Source: Escherichia coli
GTDB taxonomy: Bacteria; Pseudomonadota; Gammaproteobacteria; Enterobacterales; Enterobacteriaceae
DNA: 64,000 bases
NCBI RefSeq assembly: GCF_030013205.1
Contig: NZ_CP122648.1
Reading direction: 5' to 3' (one strand)
Shown here: positions 20,341-32,247 of the stretch, piece by piece
Layout: every line of letters begins with the position of its first letter
Numbering within the stretch: the first letter of the stretch is position 1
The notes under the pieces: generated by a model
Databases searched by the model: none
What the model was told of the DNA's origin: nothing
What the model saw: the letters and a program-made list of their open reading frames with translations, nothing else
Position numbers and translations under genes: made by a program

Positions 20341-21099
20341 ATGAGCCTGACCCTCACACTTACTGGCACTGGCGGCGCACAGGGCGTTCCCGCATGGGGC
20401 TGTGAGTGCGTGGCCTGCGTCAGAGCGCGGCGCTCACCGCAGTATCGCCGCCAGCCATGCAGCGGCGTCGTGAAGTTTAACGACGCGATCACCCTGATCG
20501 ACGCCGGGCTGCACGATCTCGCCGATCGCTGGTCGCCCGGATCGTTCCAGCAGTTTTTGCTGACGCACTACCATATGGATCACGTGCAGGGGCTGTTTCC
20601 GCTGCGCTGGGGCGTGGGCGATTCGATCCCGATCTACGGCCCGCCGGATGAACAGGGCTGCGACGATCTGTTTAAACATCCGGGCCTGCTTGATTTCAGC
20701 CACACGATGGAACCGTTTGTGGTGTTTGATTTACAGGGGTTACAGGTCACGCCCCTGCCGCTCAACCACTCAAAACTGACCTTCGGTTATCTGCTGGAAA
20801 CGGCACATAGCCGGGTGGCGTGGCTGTCTGACACCGCAGGCCTACCGGAAAAAACGCTGAAATTTTTACGCAATAATCAACCGCAGGTGATGGTGATTGA
20901 TTGCAGCCACCCACCGCGCGAGGATGCACCGCGTAATCACTGTGATTTAAATACCGTGCTTGCGCTGAATGAAGTTATCCGCTCGCCGCGCGTGGTTCTG
21001 ACCCATATCAGCCATCAGTTTGATGCGTGGCTGATGGAGAACTTACTGCCGTCAGGGTTTGAGGCGGGGTTTGATGGGATGGAGATTGGGGTGGCGTGA
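20341..21099 (+). CDS. phnP: Phosphoribosyl 1,2-cyclic phosphate phosphodiesterase PhnP (metallo-beta-lactamase fold)
   Basis: 252 aa from ATG 20341 ([15 protein letters not shown]...), HYHMDH metal-binding motif; 1 nt after phnO stop. Confidence 0.93.
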   Translation: MSLTLTLTGTGGAQGVPAWGCECVACVRARRSPQYRRQPCSGVVKFNDAITLIDAGLHDLADRWSPGSFQQFLLTHYHMDHVQGLFPLRWGVGDSIPIYGPPDEQGCDDLFKHPGLLDFSHTMEPFVVFDLQGLQVTPLPLNHSKLTFGYLLETAHSRVAWLSDTAGLPEKTLKFLRNNQPQVMVIDCSHPPREDAPRNHCDLNTVLALNEVIRSPRVVLTHISHQFDAWLMENLLPSGFEAGFDGMEIGVA

Positions 21100-21126
21100 G
21101 GGAAAATACCCGCGCCGGCCCCTATA

Positions 21127-21456
21127 TCAACGCCCATACTCATCTTCCATTCTCCGCTCTTCATCTTCTAGCTGCCGACGCTCCTGATCAAGCTGGCGCT
21201 GGCGATCGTCCAGCTGCCTGCGGCGATCTTCAAACTGGCGGCGGCGATCGTCATATTGTCTGCGCCGATCGTCGTTCACTTCACGCTGCCAGCCGTCGTC
21301 GCGCGAATCTTCATAGTCTCGCCCACGGTCAGGGTTATAAGCATCGTTAATCGCCTGCTGAATATTGCCAATGGTGTCGTCGATAATATCGGCCTGGGCC
21401 GGAACGGTGGACAGCGTGAGCAGGGTGAATAAAAGAAATAGCGGAAAGCGTTTCAT
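21127..21456 (-). CDS. yjdP: Secreted low-complexity Arg/Asp/Gln-rich protein YjdP
   Basis: 109 aa with signal peptide (MKRFPLFLLFTLLTLSTVPAQA) followed by heptad-like repeats DDRRRQY/DDRRRQF/EDRRRQL...; convergent with phnP. Confidence 0.85.
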   Translation of the reverse strand: MKRFPLFLLFTLLTLSTVPAQADIIDDTIGNIQQAINDAYNPDRGRDYEDSRDDGWQREVNDDRRRQYDDRRRQFEDRRRQLDDRQRQLDQERRQLEDEERRMEDEYGR

Positions 21457-21524
21457 TAGCCAACCTCAAAAAGAAACTCTATCCACATTAGTCATTACTC
21501 ATCCATGCAAGTAGTGGATGAATC

Positions 21525-21974
21525 TCAATTTCTCCGCTGCTCTATTGCCGTAATCGCCTCCACGCGTTGTTGATGACGACCGCCTTCGTACTGCGCGCCC
21601 AGCCACGCATCCACAATCATTTTTGCCAGTTCGAGGCCAACCACTCGTGAACCAAAAGCCAGCACGTTGGTGTCGTTATGCTGCCGCGAAAGTTGCGCGG
21701 AATAAGGTTCGCTACAAACGACCGCGCGAATTCCGGCAAACTTGTTCGCCGCTATCGAAATACCGACGCCAGTGCCACAAATCAAAATCCCGCCATCAGC
21801 CTCTCCGCCAGCAACGGCCAGTGCGACTTGACTGGCGTAATGCGGATAATCAGTACGCTCTGACGACCAGGTTCCTTTATCAATCACTTCAACGCCACGC
21901 TCAACTAAATGTGCCACTATTTCATGTTTTAAAATGAAACCGACATGATCACAGCCAAATGCAATCTTTTTCAT
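21525..21974 (-). CDS. rpiB: Ribose-5-phosphate isomerase B / allose-6-phosphate isomerase
   Basis: 149 aa MKKIAFGCDHVGFILKHEIVAHLVERGVEVIDKG... RpiB/LacAB fold. Confidence 0.95.
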   Translation of the reverse strand: MKKIAFGCDHVGFILKHEIVAHLVERGVEVIDKGTWSSERTDYPHYASQVALAVAGGEADGGILICGTGVGISIAANKFAGIRAVVCSEPYSAQLSRQHNDTNVLAFGSRVVGLELAKMIVDAWLGAQYEGGRHQQRVEAITAIEQRRN

Positions 21975-22332
21975 TCATCTTCCCCGCCCGCGCAAAAATT
22001 CACAATCAAAAAACATTTGTGATGTAAATGAATTAAAAACACCCAAAATCTATGAAATCCGCCTTCCAGATCTGTTTTACAGAGTTACATCTGACAGCGC
22101 AATAGCGTTAAAGACACTCACTATCCAGCAACATCTATCATCTAATAAACCAGGAAAACAAATAACATAATGTTTTTAAAGTGATTAAATGAAATGAAAT
22201 TTTAAGCCACTCTCCGTTATTCACAACAAAACAAACTTTATAAATTTTATTTTTTTGTGAAGTTGACAGCATCTTTTCTGTTCTTGCTGTGGTGATATAG
22301 TGGCGTCTTCAATTCAAGGACAAGAGAACGTG

Positions 22333-23223
22333 ATGAGCCAGTCAGAGTTTGATTCAGCGCTTCCGAACGGTATCGGGTTAGCGCCTTACCTGCGAATGAA
22401 GCAGGAAGGAATGACAGAAAACGAAAGCCGCATCGTGGAGTGGTTACTCAAACCCGGTAACCTGAGTTGTGCACCCGCAATTAAAGATGTCGCAGAAGCT
22501 CTGGCGGTATCTGAAGCGATGATAGTTAAGGTATCAAAGCTGCTGGGGTTTAGCGGCTTTCGTAACTTACGCAGTGCGCTGGAAGATTATTTTTCTCAGT
22601 CAGAACAGGTATTGCCTTCCGAGTTGGCTTTTGATGAAGCGCCGCAGGATGTGGTGAATAAGGTATTTAACATCACTTTACGCACCATTATGGAAGGTCA
22701 GTCGATCGTCAACGTTGATGAGATCCACCGTGCCGCCCGCTTTTTCTATCAGGCCAGACAGCGGGATTTGTACGGTGCCGGAGGATCAAATGCTATCTGT
22801 GCTGATGTACAGCACAAGTTTTTACGCATTGGCGTACGCTGCCAGGCCTATCCGGACGCTCACATCATGATGATGTCTGCTTCGTTGTTACAGGAAGGAG
22901 ATGTGGTGCTGGTGGTGACCCATTCCGGGCGAACCAGTGATGTAAAAGCGGCTGTAGAACTGGCAAAAAAGAACGGGGCAAAGATTATTTGTATAACGCA
23001 TAGCTACCATTCACCGATAGCGAAGCTGGCCGATTATATTATTTGCTCACCGGCCCCGGAAACACCGTTATTAGGTCGTAATGCCTCGGCAAGAATATTA
23101 CAACTAACTTTGCTGGACGCGTTTTTTGTCTCTGTCGCCCAGCTCAACATTGAACAAGCTAATATTAATATGCAAAAAACCGGCGCAATTGTTGATTTCT
23201 TCTCACCAGGCGCGCTGAAATAA
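22333..23223 (+). CDS. rpiR: RpiR/AlsR transcriptional repressor (HTH + SIS domain)
   Basis: 296 aa from ATG 22333 (MSQSEFDSALPNGIG...); divergent from rpiB across a ~360-bp AT-rich region. Confidence 0.92.
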   Translation: MSQSEFDSALPNGIGLAPYLRMKQEGMTENESRIVEWLLKPGNLSCAPAIKDVAEALAVSEAMIVKVSKLLGFSGFRNLRSALEDYFSQSEQVLPSELAFDEAPQDVVNKVFNITLRTIMEGQSIVNVDEIHRAARFFYQARQRDLYGAGGSNAICADVQHKFLRIGVRCQAYPDAHIMMMSASLLQEGDVVLVVTHSGRTSDVKAAVELAKKNGAKIICITHSYHSPIAKLADYIICSPAPETPLLGRNASARILQLTLLDAFFVSVAQLNIEQANINMQKTGAIVDFFSPGALK

Positions 23224-23281
23224 GAAAAAGGTAATTCCGCCATCGCGGAGTTACCTATACCCTTACCGTGAGAACATGATT

Positions 23282-24217
23282 ATGAATAAATATCTGAAAT
23301 ATTTCAGCGGCACACTCGTGGGCTTAATGTTGTCAACCAGCGCTTTTGCTGCCGCCGAATATGCTGTCGTATTGAAAACACTCTCCAACCCATTTTGGGT
23401 AGATATGAAAAAAGGCATTGAAGATGAAGCAAAAACGCTGGGCGTCAGCGTTGATATTTTTGCCTCTCCTTCAGAAGGCGATTTTCAATCTCAATTGCAG
23501 TTATTTGAAGATCTCAGTAATAAAAATTACAAAGGTATCGCCTTCGCGCCATTATCCTCAGTGAATCTGGTCATGCCTGTCGCCCGCGCATGGAAAAAAG
23601 GCATTTATCTGGTTAATCTCGATGAAAAAATCGACATGGATAATCTGAAAAAAGCTGGCGGCAATGTGGAAGGTTTTGTCACCACCGATAACGTTGCTGT
23701 CGGGGCGAAAGGCGCGTCGTTCATTATTGACAAATTGGGCGCTGAAGGTGGTGAAGTCGCAATCATTGAGGGTAAAGCCGGTAACGCCTCCGGTGAAGCG
23801 CGTCGTAATGGTGCCACCGAAGCCTTCAAAAAAGCAAGCCAGATCAAGCTTGTCGCCAGCCAGCCTGCCGACTGGGACCGTATTAAAGCACTGGATGTCG
23901 CCACTAACGTGTTGCAACGTAATCCGAATATTAAAGCGATCTATTGCGCGAATGACACGATGGCAATGGGTGTTGCTCAGGCAGTCGCAAACGCCGGAAA
24001 AACGGGCAAAGTGTTGGTCGTCGGTACAGATGGAATTCCGGAAGCCCGCAAAATGGTGGAAGCCGGACAAATGACCGCGACGGTTGCCCAGAACCCGGCG
24101 GATATCGGCGCAACGGGTCTGAAGCTGATGGTTGACGCTGAGAAATCCGGCAAGGTTATCCCGCTGGATAAAGCACCGGAATTTAAACTGGTCGATTCAA
24201 TCCTGGTCACTCAATAA
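23282..24217 (+). CDS. alsB: D-allose ABC transporter periplasmic binding protein AlsB
   Basis: 311 aa from ATG 23282 with signal peptide (MNKYLKYFSGTLVGLMLSTSAFA). Confidence 0.93.
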   Translation: MNKYLKYFSGTLVGLMLSTSAFAAAEYAVVLKTLSNPFWVDMKKGIEDEAKTLGVSVDIFASPSEGDFQSQLQLFEDLSNKNYKGIAFAPLSSVNLVMPVARAWKKGIYLVNLDEKIDMDNLKKAGGNVEGFVTTDNVAVGAKGASFIIDKLGAEGGEVAIIEGKAGNASGEARRNGATEAFKKASQIKLVASQPADWDRIKALDVATNVLQRNPNIKAIYCANDTMAMGVAQAVANAGKTGKVLVVGTDGIPEARKMVEAGQMTATVAQNPADIGATGLKLMVDAEKSGKVIPLDKAPEFKLVDSILVTQ

Positions 24218-24228
24218 AACTGAATGAT

Positions 24229-24311
24229 GCCGGATGATGATGCTAATGAAGAGTCTTATCCGGCCAACAAAATAACCTGAACGTAGACCTGATAAGTGTA
24301 GCCCATCAGGC
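24229..24311. repeat. REP-like palindromes between alsB and alsA
   Basis: gccggatgatgatgctaatgaagagtcttatccggcc and gacctgataagtgtagcccatcaggc. Confidence 0.5.
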
Positions 24312-24344
24312 AATAATACGATATTTCGTGCAGAGAGGTTATTT

Positions 24345-25877
24345 ATGGCCACGCCATATATATCGATGGCGGGGATCGGCAAGACCTTTGGTCCGGTTCA
24401 CGCATTAAAGTCGGTTAATTTAACGGTTTATCCTGGTGAAATACATGCATTACTAGGAGAAAATGGCGCGGGTAAATCCACGCTAATGAAAGTTTTATCC
24501 GGAATACATGAGCCGACCAAAGGCACCATTACCATTAATAACATTAACTATAACAAGCTGGATCATAAATTAGCGGCACAACTCGGCATCGGGATTATTT
24601 ATCAAGAACTCAGCGTTATTGATGAATTAACCGTACTGGAAAATTTATATATTGGTCGTCATCTGACGAAAAAAATCTGCGGTGTCAATATTATCGACTG
24701 GCGAGAAATGCGTGTCCGCGCCGCAATGATGTTATTACGCGTGGGCTTGAAAGTTGATTTAGATGAGAAAGTGGCGAATTTATCTATCAGCCACAAGCAG
24801 ATGCTGGAAATTGCCAAAACGCTGATGCTCGATGCCAAAGTCATCATCATGGATGAACCCACCTCCTCACTCACCAATAAAGAGGTGGACTATTTGTTTC
24901 TGATCATGAATCAGTTGCGTAAGGAGGGTACGGCTATCGTCTATATCTCGCATAAATTGGCGGAAATTCGCCGTATTTGCGACCGCTATACGGTGATGAA
25001 AGACGGCAGCAGCGTTTGCAGCGGCATGGTGAGCGATGTGTCAAATGACGATATCGTCCGTCTGATGGTAGGCCGCGAACTGCAAAACCGTTTTAACGCG
25101 ATGAAGGAGAATGTCAGCAACCTTGCGCACGAAACGGTTTTTGAGGTGCGGAACGTCACCAGTCGTGACAGAAAAAAGGTCCGGGATATCTCATTTAGCG
25201 TCTGCCGGGGAGAAATATTAGGCTTTGCCGGACTGGTCGGTTCCGGACGTACTGAACTGATGAACTGCCTGTTTGGCGTTGATAAACGCGCTGGCGGAGA
25301 AATCCGTCTTAATGGCAAAGATATCTCTCCACGTTCTCCCCTGGATGCCGTGAAAAAAGGGATGGCTTACATCACTGAAAGCCGCCGGGATAACGGCTTT
25401 TTCCCCAACTTTTCTATCGCTCAGAACATAGCTATCAGCCGCAGTCTGAAAGACGGCGGCTATAAAGGCGCGATGGGGTTGTTTCATGAAGTTGACGAGC
25501 AACGTACCGCTGAAGCCCAGCGCGAACTGCTGGCGCTGAAATGTCATTCGGTAAACCAGAACATCACTGAACTCTCCGGCGGTAACCAGCAGAAAGTCCT
25601 GATCTCCAAATGGCTGTGCTGTCACCCGGAAGTGATCATTTTCGATGAACCTACCCGTGGCATCGACGTTGGCGCGAAAGCCGAAATTTACAAAGTGATG
25701 CGCCAACTGGCGGACGACGGAAAAGTCATCCTGATGGTGTCATCTGAACTACCTGAAATTATCACCGTCTGCGACCGCATCGCCGTGTTCTGCGAAGGAC
25801 GACTGACGCAAATCCTGACCAATCGCGATGACATGAGCGAAGAGGAGATTATGGCATGGGCTTTACCACACGAGTAA
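24345..25877 (+). CDS. alsA: D-allose ABC transporter ATP-binding protein AlsA (two fused ABC domains)
   Basis: 510 aa with two Walker A / signature motif sets (GENGAGKST; LSGGNQQK). Confidence 0.93.
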   Translation: MATPYISMAGIGKTFGPVHALKSVNLTVYPGEIHALLGENGAGKSTLMKVLSGIHEPTKGTITINNINYNKLDHKLAAQLGIGIIYQELSVIDELTVLENLYIGRHLTKKICGVNIIDWREMRVRAAMMLLRVGLKVDLDEKVANLSISHKQMLEIAKTLMLDAKVIIMDEPTSSLTNKEVDYLFLIMNQLRKEGTAIVYISHKLAEIRRICDRYTVMKDGSSVCSGMVSDVSNDDIVRLMVGRELQNRFNAMKENVSNLAHETVFEVRNVTSRDRKKVRDISFSVCRGEILGFAGLVGSGRTELMNCLFGVDKRAGGEIRLNGKDISPRSPLDAVKKGMAYITESRRDNGFFPNFSIAQNIAISRSLKDGGYKGAMGLFHEVDEQRTAEAQRELLALKCHSVNQNITELSGGNQQKVLISKWLCCHPEVIIFDEPTRGIDVGAKAEIYKVMRQLADDGKVILMVSSELPEIITVCDRIAVFCEGRLTQILTNRDDMSEEEIMAWALPHE

Positions 25878-26836
25878 AAAGCGAAGCGAGCGAGAAGAAA
25901 CCGTTCAACTTTGCGCTGTTCTGGGATAAATACGGCACCTTTTTTATCCTGGCGATCATCGTCGCCATTTTTGGTTCGCTGTCGCCAGAATATTTTCTGA
26001 CCACCAATAATATTACCCAGATTTTTGTGCAAAGCTCCGTGACGGTACTGATCGGCATGGGGGAATTCTTCGCTATCCTGGTCGCCGGTATCGACCTTTC
26101 GGTTGGCGCGATTCTGGCGCTTTCCGGTATGGTGACCGCTAAACTGATGTTGGCAGGTATTGATCCGTTTCTCGCGGCGCTAATTGGCGGTGTACTGGTT
26201 GGCGGCGCACTGGGGGCGATCAACGGCTGCCTGGTCAACTGGACGGGGCTACACCCGTTCATTATCACCCTTGGCACCAACGCTATTTTCCGTGGGATCA
26301 CGCTGGTGATCTCCGATGCCAACTCGGTATACGGCTTCTCATTTGACTTCGTGAACTTCTTTGCCGCCAGCGTAATTGGGATACCTGTCCCCGTTATCTT
26401 CTCGCTAATTGTCGCGCTCATCCTTTGGTTTCTGACAACGCGTATGCGGCTCGGCCGCAACATCTACGCACTGGGCGGCAACAAAAACTCGGCGTTCTAT
26501 TCCGGGATTGACGTGAAATTCCACATCCTGGTGGTGTTTATCATCTCCGGTGTTTGTGCAGGTCTGGCAGGCGTCGTCTCAACTGCACGACTCGGTGCCG
26601 CAGAACCGCTTGCCGGTATGGGGTTTGAAACCTATGCCATTGCCAGCGCCATCATTGGCGGCACCAGTTTCTTCGGCGGCAAGGGGCGCATTTTCTCTGT
26701 GGTGATTGGCGGGTTGATCATCGGCACCATCAACAACGGTCTGAATATTTTGCAGGTACAAACCTATTACCAACTGGTGGTGATGGGCGGATTAATTATC
26801 GCGGCTGTCGCCCTTGACCGTCTTATCAGTAAGTAA
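25856..26836 (+). CDS. alsC: D-allose ABC transporter permease AlsC
   Basis: 326 aa polytopic membrane ORF overlapping alsA 3' end. Confidence 0.93.
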   Translation: MGFTTRVKSEASEKKPFNFALFWDKYGTFFILAIIVAIFGSLSPEYFLTTNNITQIFVQSSVTVLIGMGEFFAILVAGIDLSVGAILALSGMVTAKLMLAGIDPFLAALIGGVLVGGALGAINGCLVNWTGLHPFIITLGTNAIFRGITLVISDANSVYGFSFDFVNFFAASVIGIPVPVIFSLIVALILWFLTTRMRLGRNIYALGGNKNSAFYSGIDVKFHILVVFIISGVCAGLAGVVSTARLGAAEPLAGMGFETYAIASAIIGGTSFFGGKGRIFSVVIGGLIIGTINNGLNILQVQTYYQLVVMGGLIIAAVALDRLISK

Positions 26837-26846
26837 GGAATTAAAC

Positions 26847-28455
<1,609 letters not shown>

Positions 28456-28727
28456 GTAAAGCGTTGGCACAGTAGCGCAATGTCCCGCTGTGCCAACGAC
28501 AGGTACAATATATATAATAATTACATAAAACAGCCCATATTATTCCCAGCAATGATAATTCTACTGTAATTTTCCCTCTTCAGCACAAATGCCTAATAAA
28601 ATGGCTCGTTCCGCTCACACTTCCACTTATTAAAGTCGAAATTTCCCAATTATGATAACGCCAGCTTTAAATGACGTATTTTGCATGGATTACATATTTA
28701 CAATACAAATGATAAATGGAGATTTAT

Positions 28728-30713
28728 ATGAATAACTCTCGGTTATTCCGTTTGAGCAGGATTGTTATTGCGTTAACTGCTGCCAGCAGCATGATGGTAA
28801 ATACCGCTAATGCGAAAGAGGAAGCGAAAGCCGCCACTCAATATACCCAACAGGTTAATCAGAATTACGCCAAATCATTACCGTTTAGCGATCGTCAAGA
28901 TTTTGACGATGCCCAGCGTGGATTTATCGCCCCGCTGCTGGATGAAGGTATTCTGCGTGATGCGAACGGTAAAGTTTACTACCGCGCAGACGATTACAAA
29001 TTTGATATTAATGCCGCTGCGCCGGAAACCGTAAACCCCAGCCTGTGGCGTCAGTCGCAAATCAACGGTATTTCTGGCCTGTTCAAAGTCACCGATAAAA
29101 TGTATCAGGTGCGCGGCCAGGATATCTCTAACATTACGTTCGTTGAGGGCGAGAAAGGCATTATTGTTATCGACCCGCTGGTGACGCCGCCTGCCGCAAA
29201 AGCCGCACTTGATCTTTACTTCCAGCATCGTCCGCAAAAACCGATTGTTGCTGTGATTTACACCCACAGCCACGCCGACCATTATGGCGGTGTGAAAGGC
29301 ATTATCTCTGAAGCGGATGTTAAATCCGGCAAAGTGCAGGTGATCGCTCCGGCAGGCTTTATGGACGAAGCCATCAGCGAAAACGTGCTGGCGGGTAACA
29401 TCATGAGCCGCCGTGCACTCTACTCTTACGGTCTGTTACTGCCGCACAACGCGCAAGGCAATGTGGGCAACGGCCTGGGCGTGACGCTGGCAACGGGCGA
29501 CCCGAGCATTATTGCACCGACTAAAACTATCGTCAGAACTGGCGAGAAGATGATTATCGACGGCCTGGAATTTGACTTCCTTATGACCCCTGGTAGCGAA
29601 GCGCCAGCCGAAATGCACTTCTATATTCCGGCCCTGAAAGCCCTGTGTACCGCCGAGAACGCCACGCATACCCTGCACAACTTCTACACTCTGCGCGGCG
29701 CGAAAACCCGCGATACCAGCAAGTGGACCGAGTACCTGAACGAAACGCTGGATATGTGGGGTAACGACGCGGAAGTACTGTTTATGCCGCACACCTGGCC
29801 GGTCTGGGGCAATAAGCATATCAATGATTATATTGGTAAATATCGCGATACCATCAAGTACATTCACGACCAGACCCTGCACCTGGCGAACCAGGGCTAC
29901 ACCATGAATGAAATCGGCGACATGATTAAGCTGCCGCCTGCGCTTGCCAATAACTGGGCCAGCCGCGGCTATTACGGTTCTGTCAGCCACAACGCCCGCG
30001 CGGTGTATAACTTCTATCTTGGCTATTACGACGGTAACCCGGCTAACCTGCATCCGTATGGTCAGGTGGAGATGGGTAAACGTTACGTGCAGGCGCTGGG
30101 CGGTTCTGCCCGTGTCATCAACCTGGCGCAAGAAGCGAACAAGCAAGGTGATTACCGCTGGTCGGCAGAACTGCTGAAACAGGTGATTGCCGCCAACCCT
30201 GGTGACCAGGTCGCGAAGAATCTGCAAGCGAATAACTTTGAACAGCTGGGCTATCAGGCCGAGTCCGCCACCTGGCGCGGTTTCTACCTGACCGGCGCGA
30301 AAGAGCTGCGCGAAGGGGTGCATAAATTCAGCCACGGCACCACCGGTTCCCCGGACACCATTCGCGGAATGTCGGTCGAAATGCTGTTCGACTTTATGTC
30401 CGTTCGCCTCGATAGTGCGAAAGCCGCGGGTAAAAATATCAGCCTGAACTTCAATATGAGCAACGGCGATAACCTCAACCTGACGCTGAACGATAGCGTG
30501 CTTAACTACCGTAAAACGCTGCAACCGCAAGCCGACGCCTCTTTCTACATCAGCCGTGAAGATCTGCATGCCGTGCTGACCGGACAAGTCAAAATAGTGG
30601 ATCTGGTAAAAGCGAAGAAAGCCAAAATTATTGGCAATGGCGCGGAACTGGAAGAAATTATTGCCTGTCTGGATAATTTCGATTTGTGGGTGAATATCGT
30701 AACCCCAAATTAA
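28728..30713 (+). CDS. yjcS: Alkyl/aryl-sulfatase YjcS (metallo-beta-lactamase fold, type III sulfatase)
   Basis: 661 aa from ATG 28728 ([13 protein letters not shown]..., signal peptide) with HSHADH metal motif; GGAG 7 nt upstream. Confidence 0.9.
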   Translation: MNNSRLFRLSRIVIALTAASSMMVNTANAKEEAKAATQYTQQVNQNYAKSLPFSDRQDFDDAQRGFIAPLLDEGILRDANGKVYYRADDYKFDINAAAPETVNPSLWRQSQINGISGLFKVTDKMYQVRGQDISNITFVEGEKGIIVIDPLVTPPAAKAALDLYFQHRPQKPIVAVIYTHSHADHYGGVKGIISEADVKSGKVQVIAPAGFMDEAISENVLAGNIMSRRALYSYGLLLPHNAQGNVGNGLGVTLATGDPSIIAPTKTIVRTGEKMIIDGLEFDFLMTPGSEAPAEMHFYIPALKALCTAENATHTLHNFYTLRGAKTRDTSKWTEYLNETLDMWGNDAEVLFMPHTWPVWGNKHINDYIGKYRDTIKYIHDQTLHLANQGYTMNEIGDMIKLPPALANNWASRGYYGSVSHNARAVYNFYLGYYDGNPANLHPYGQVEMGKRYVQALGGSARVINLAQEANKQGDYRWSAELLKQVIAANPGDQVAKNLQANNFEQLGYQAESATWRGFYLTGAKELREGVHKFSHGTTGSPDTIRGMSVEMLFDFMSVRLDSAKAAGKNISLNFNMSNGDNLNLTLNDSVLNYRKTLQPQADASFYISREDLHAVLTGQVKIVDLVKAKKAKIIGNGAELEEIIACLDNFDLWVNIVTPN

Positions 30714-30733
30714 TGCCACTCACTTTTGGGGGC

Positions 30734-30770
30734 CCTTAAGCCCCCAAAAGCATTTATTTAAAAAATATAT
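30734..30770 (+). terminator. Rho-independent terminator downstream of yjcS
   Basis: cttttgggggc-cctta-agcccccaaaag hairpin followed by catttattt. Confidence 0.7.
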
Positions 30771-30921
30771 ACAGCAAATTAATACATAAAATATATAAGT
30801 TATGAATGCGGTGGCTGAATAAAGCTATTTTTATTCATCGAGAAAATAGCCATACTGACGCCTTCAATGGATATTGATATTCACTACAGATATTGTTCGC
30901 AGCAGACAGGATGTATTTAAT

Positions 30922-31197
30922 ATGCCAACAGTTCTCTCTCGCATGGCGATGCAACTCAAAAAAACAGCCTGGATAATTCCCGTCTTCATGGTTTCGGGAT
31001 GCTCATTATCTCCGGCAATCCCGGTGATCGGCGCTTATTATCCCAGCTGGTTTTTCTGCGCCATTGCCAGCCTTATTTTGACTCTCATCACGAGGCGAAT
31101 TATTCAGCGGACAAATATCAATCTGGCATTTGTCGGAATTATTTATACCGCCCTTTTTGCTCTCTACGCCATGCTGTTCTGGCTGGCATTTTTCTAA
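30922..31197 (+). CDS. ytcA: Small lipoprotein YtcA upstream of mdtNOP
   Basis: 91 aa from ATG 30922 (MPTVLSRMAMQLKKTAWIIPVFMVSGCSL...), lipobox-like VSGC, two hydrophobic segments. Confidence 0.8.
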   Translation: MPTVLSRMAMQLKKTAWIIPVFMVSGCSLSPAIPVIGAYYPSWFFCAIASLILTLITRRIIQRTNINLAFVGIIYTALFALYAMLFWLAFF

Positions 31198-31215
31198 TCT
31201 ATTTGAGACGCGCTC

Positions 31216-32247
31216 ATGGAAAGTACGCCGAAAAAAGCTCCTCGCAGTAAATTCCCTGCTCTGTTAGTGGTTGCGTTGGCGCTGGTTGCCCTTGTTTTCG
31301 TTATCTGGCGCGTAGACAGTGCGCCATCAACTAATGACGCTTACGCGTCAGCAGATACCATTGATGTGGTGCCGGAAGTCAGCGGTCGCATTGTAGAACT
31401 GGCGGTCACCGACAACCAGGCGGTGAAACAGGGCGATTTGCTGTTCCGCATCGACCCGCGCCCGTACGAAGCCAATCTGGCGAAAGCCGAAGCCTCCCTC
31501 GCGGCGCTGGATAAGCAAATTATGCTCACCCAGCGTAGCGTTGACGCACAACAGTTTGGTGCCGACTCGGTTAATGCCACGGTAGAAAAAGCCCGTGCCG
31601 CTGCAAAACAGGCCAGCGATACATTACGCCGCACCGAGCCATTACTGAAAGAAGGTTTTGTCTCAGCGGAAGACGTTGACCGTGCAAAAACGGCGCAGCG
31701 CGCCGCAGAAGCCGATCTTAACGCCGTTTTATTACAGGCGCAGTCAGCCGCCAGCGCCGTCAGCGGCGTGGATGCATTAGTTGCCCAGCGTGCGGCAGTG
31801 GAAGCGGATATTGCGTTGACCAAACTGCATCTGGAAATGGCGACCGTTCGCGCACCGTTTGATGGCCGGGTCATTTCCCTCAAAACCTCCGTCGGGCAAT
31901 TTGCTTCTGCCATGCGCCCTATTTTCACCCTAATCGACACTCGTCACTGGTACGTGATCGCCAATTTCCGCGAAACTGATCTGAAAAATATTCGCTCAGG
32001 TACACCCGCAACGATTCGCCTGATGAGCGACAGCGGCAAAACCTTCGAGGGTAAAGTGGATTCGATTGGCTACGGCGTGCTACCGGATGACGGCGGCCTG
32101 GTGCTGGGCGGCCTGCCGAAAGTGTCTCGTTCTATTAACTGGGTCCGCGTTGCCCAGCGTTTTCCGGTCAAAATCATGGTCGATAAACCTGACCCGGAAA
32201 TGTTCCGCATCGGCGCTTCGGCAGTCGCTAATCTTGAGCCGCAATAA
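31216..32247 (+). CDS. mdtN: Multidrug efflux membrane-fusion (HlyD-family) protein MdtN
   Basis: 343 aa, N-terminal TM anchor then coiled-coil/biotinyl-like domains. Confidence 0.92.
   Translation: MESTPKKAPRSKFPALLVVALALVALVFVIWRVDSAPSTNDAYASADTIDVVPEVSGRIVELAVTDNQAVKQGDLLFRIDPRPYEANLAKAEASLAALDKQIMLTQRSVDAQQFGADSVNATVEKARAAAKQASDTLRRTEPLLKEGFVSAEDVDRAKTAQRAAEADLNAVLLQAQSAASAVSGVDALVAQRAAVEADIALTKLHLEMATVRAPFDGRVISLKTSVGQFASAMRPIFTLIDTRHWYVIANFRETDLKNIRSGTPATIRLMSDSGKTFEGKVDSIGYGVLPDDGGLVLGGLPKVSRSINWVRVAQRFPVKIMVDKPDPEMFRIGASAVANLEPQ

Noticed and set aside
29436-30719. 427-aa minus-strand ORF antisense to yjcS
   Set aside because: Completely nested antisense to the sulfatase gene; no recognisable domains; considered a shadow ORF.
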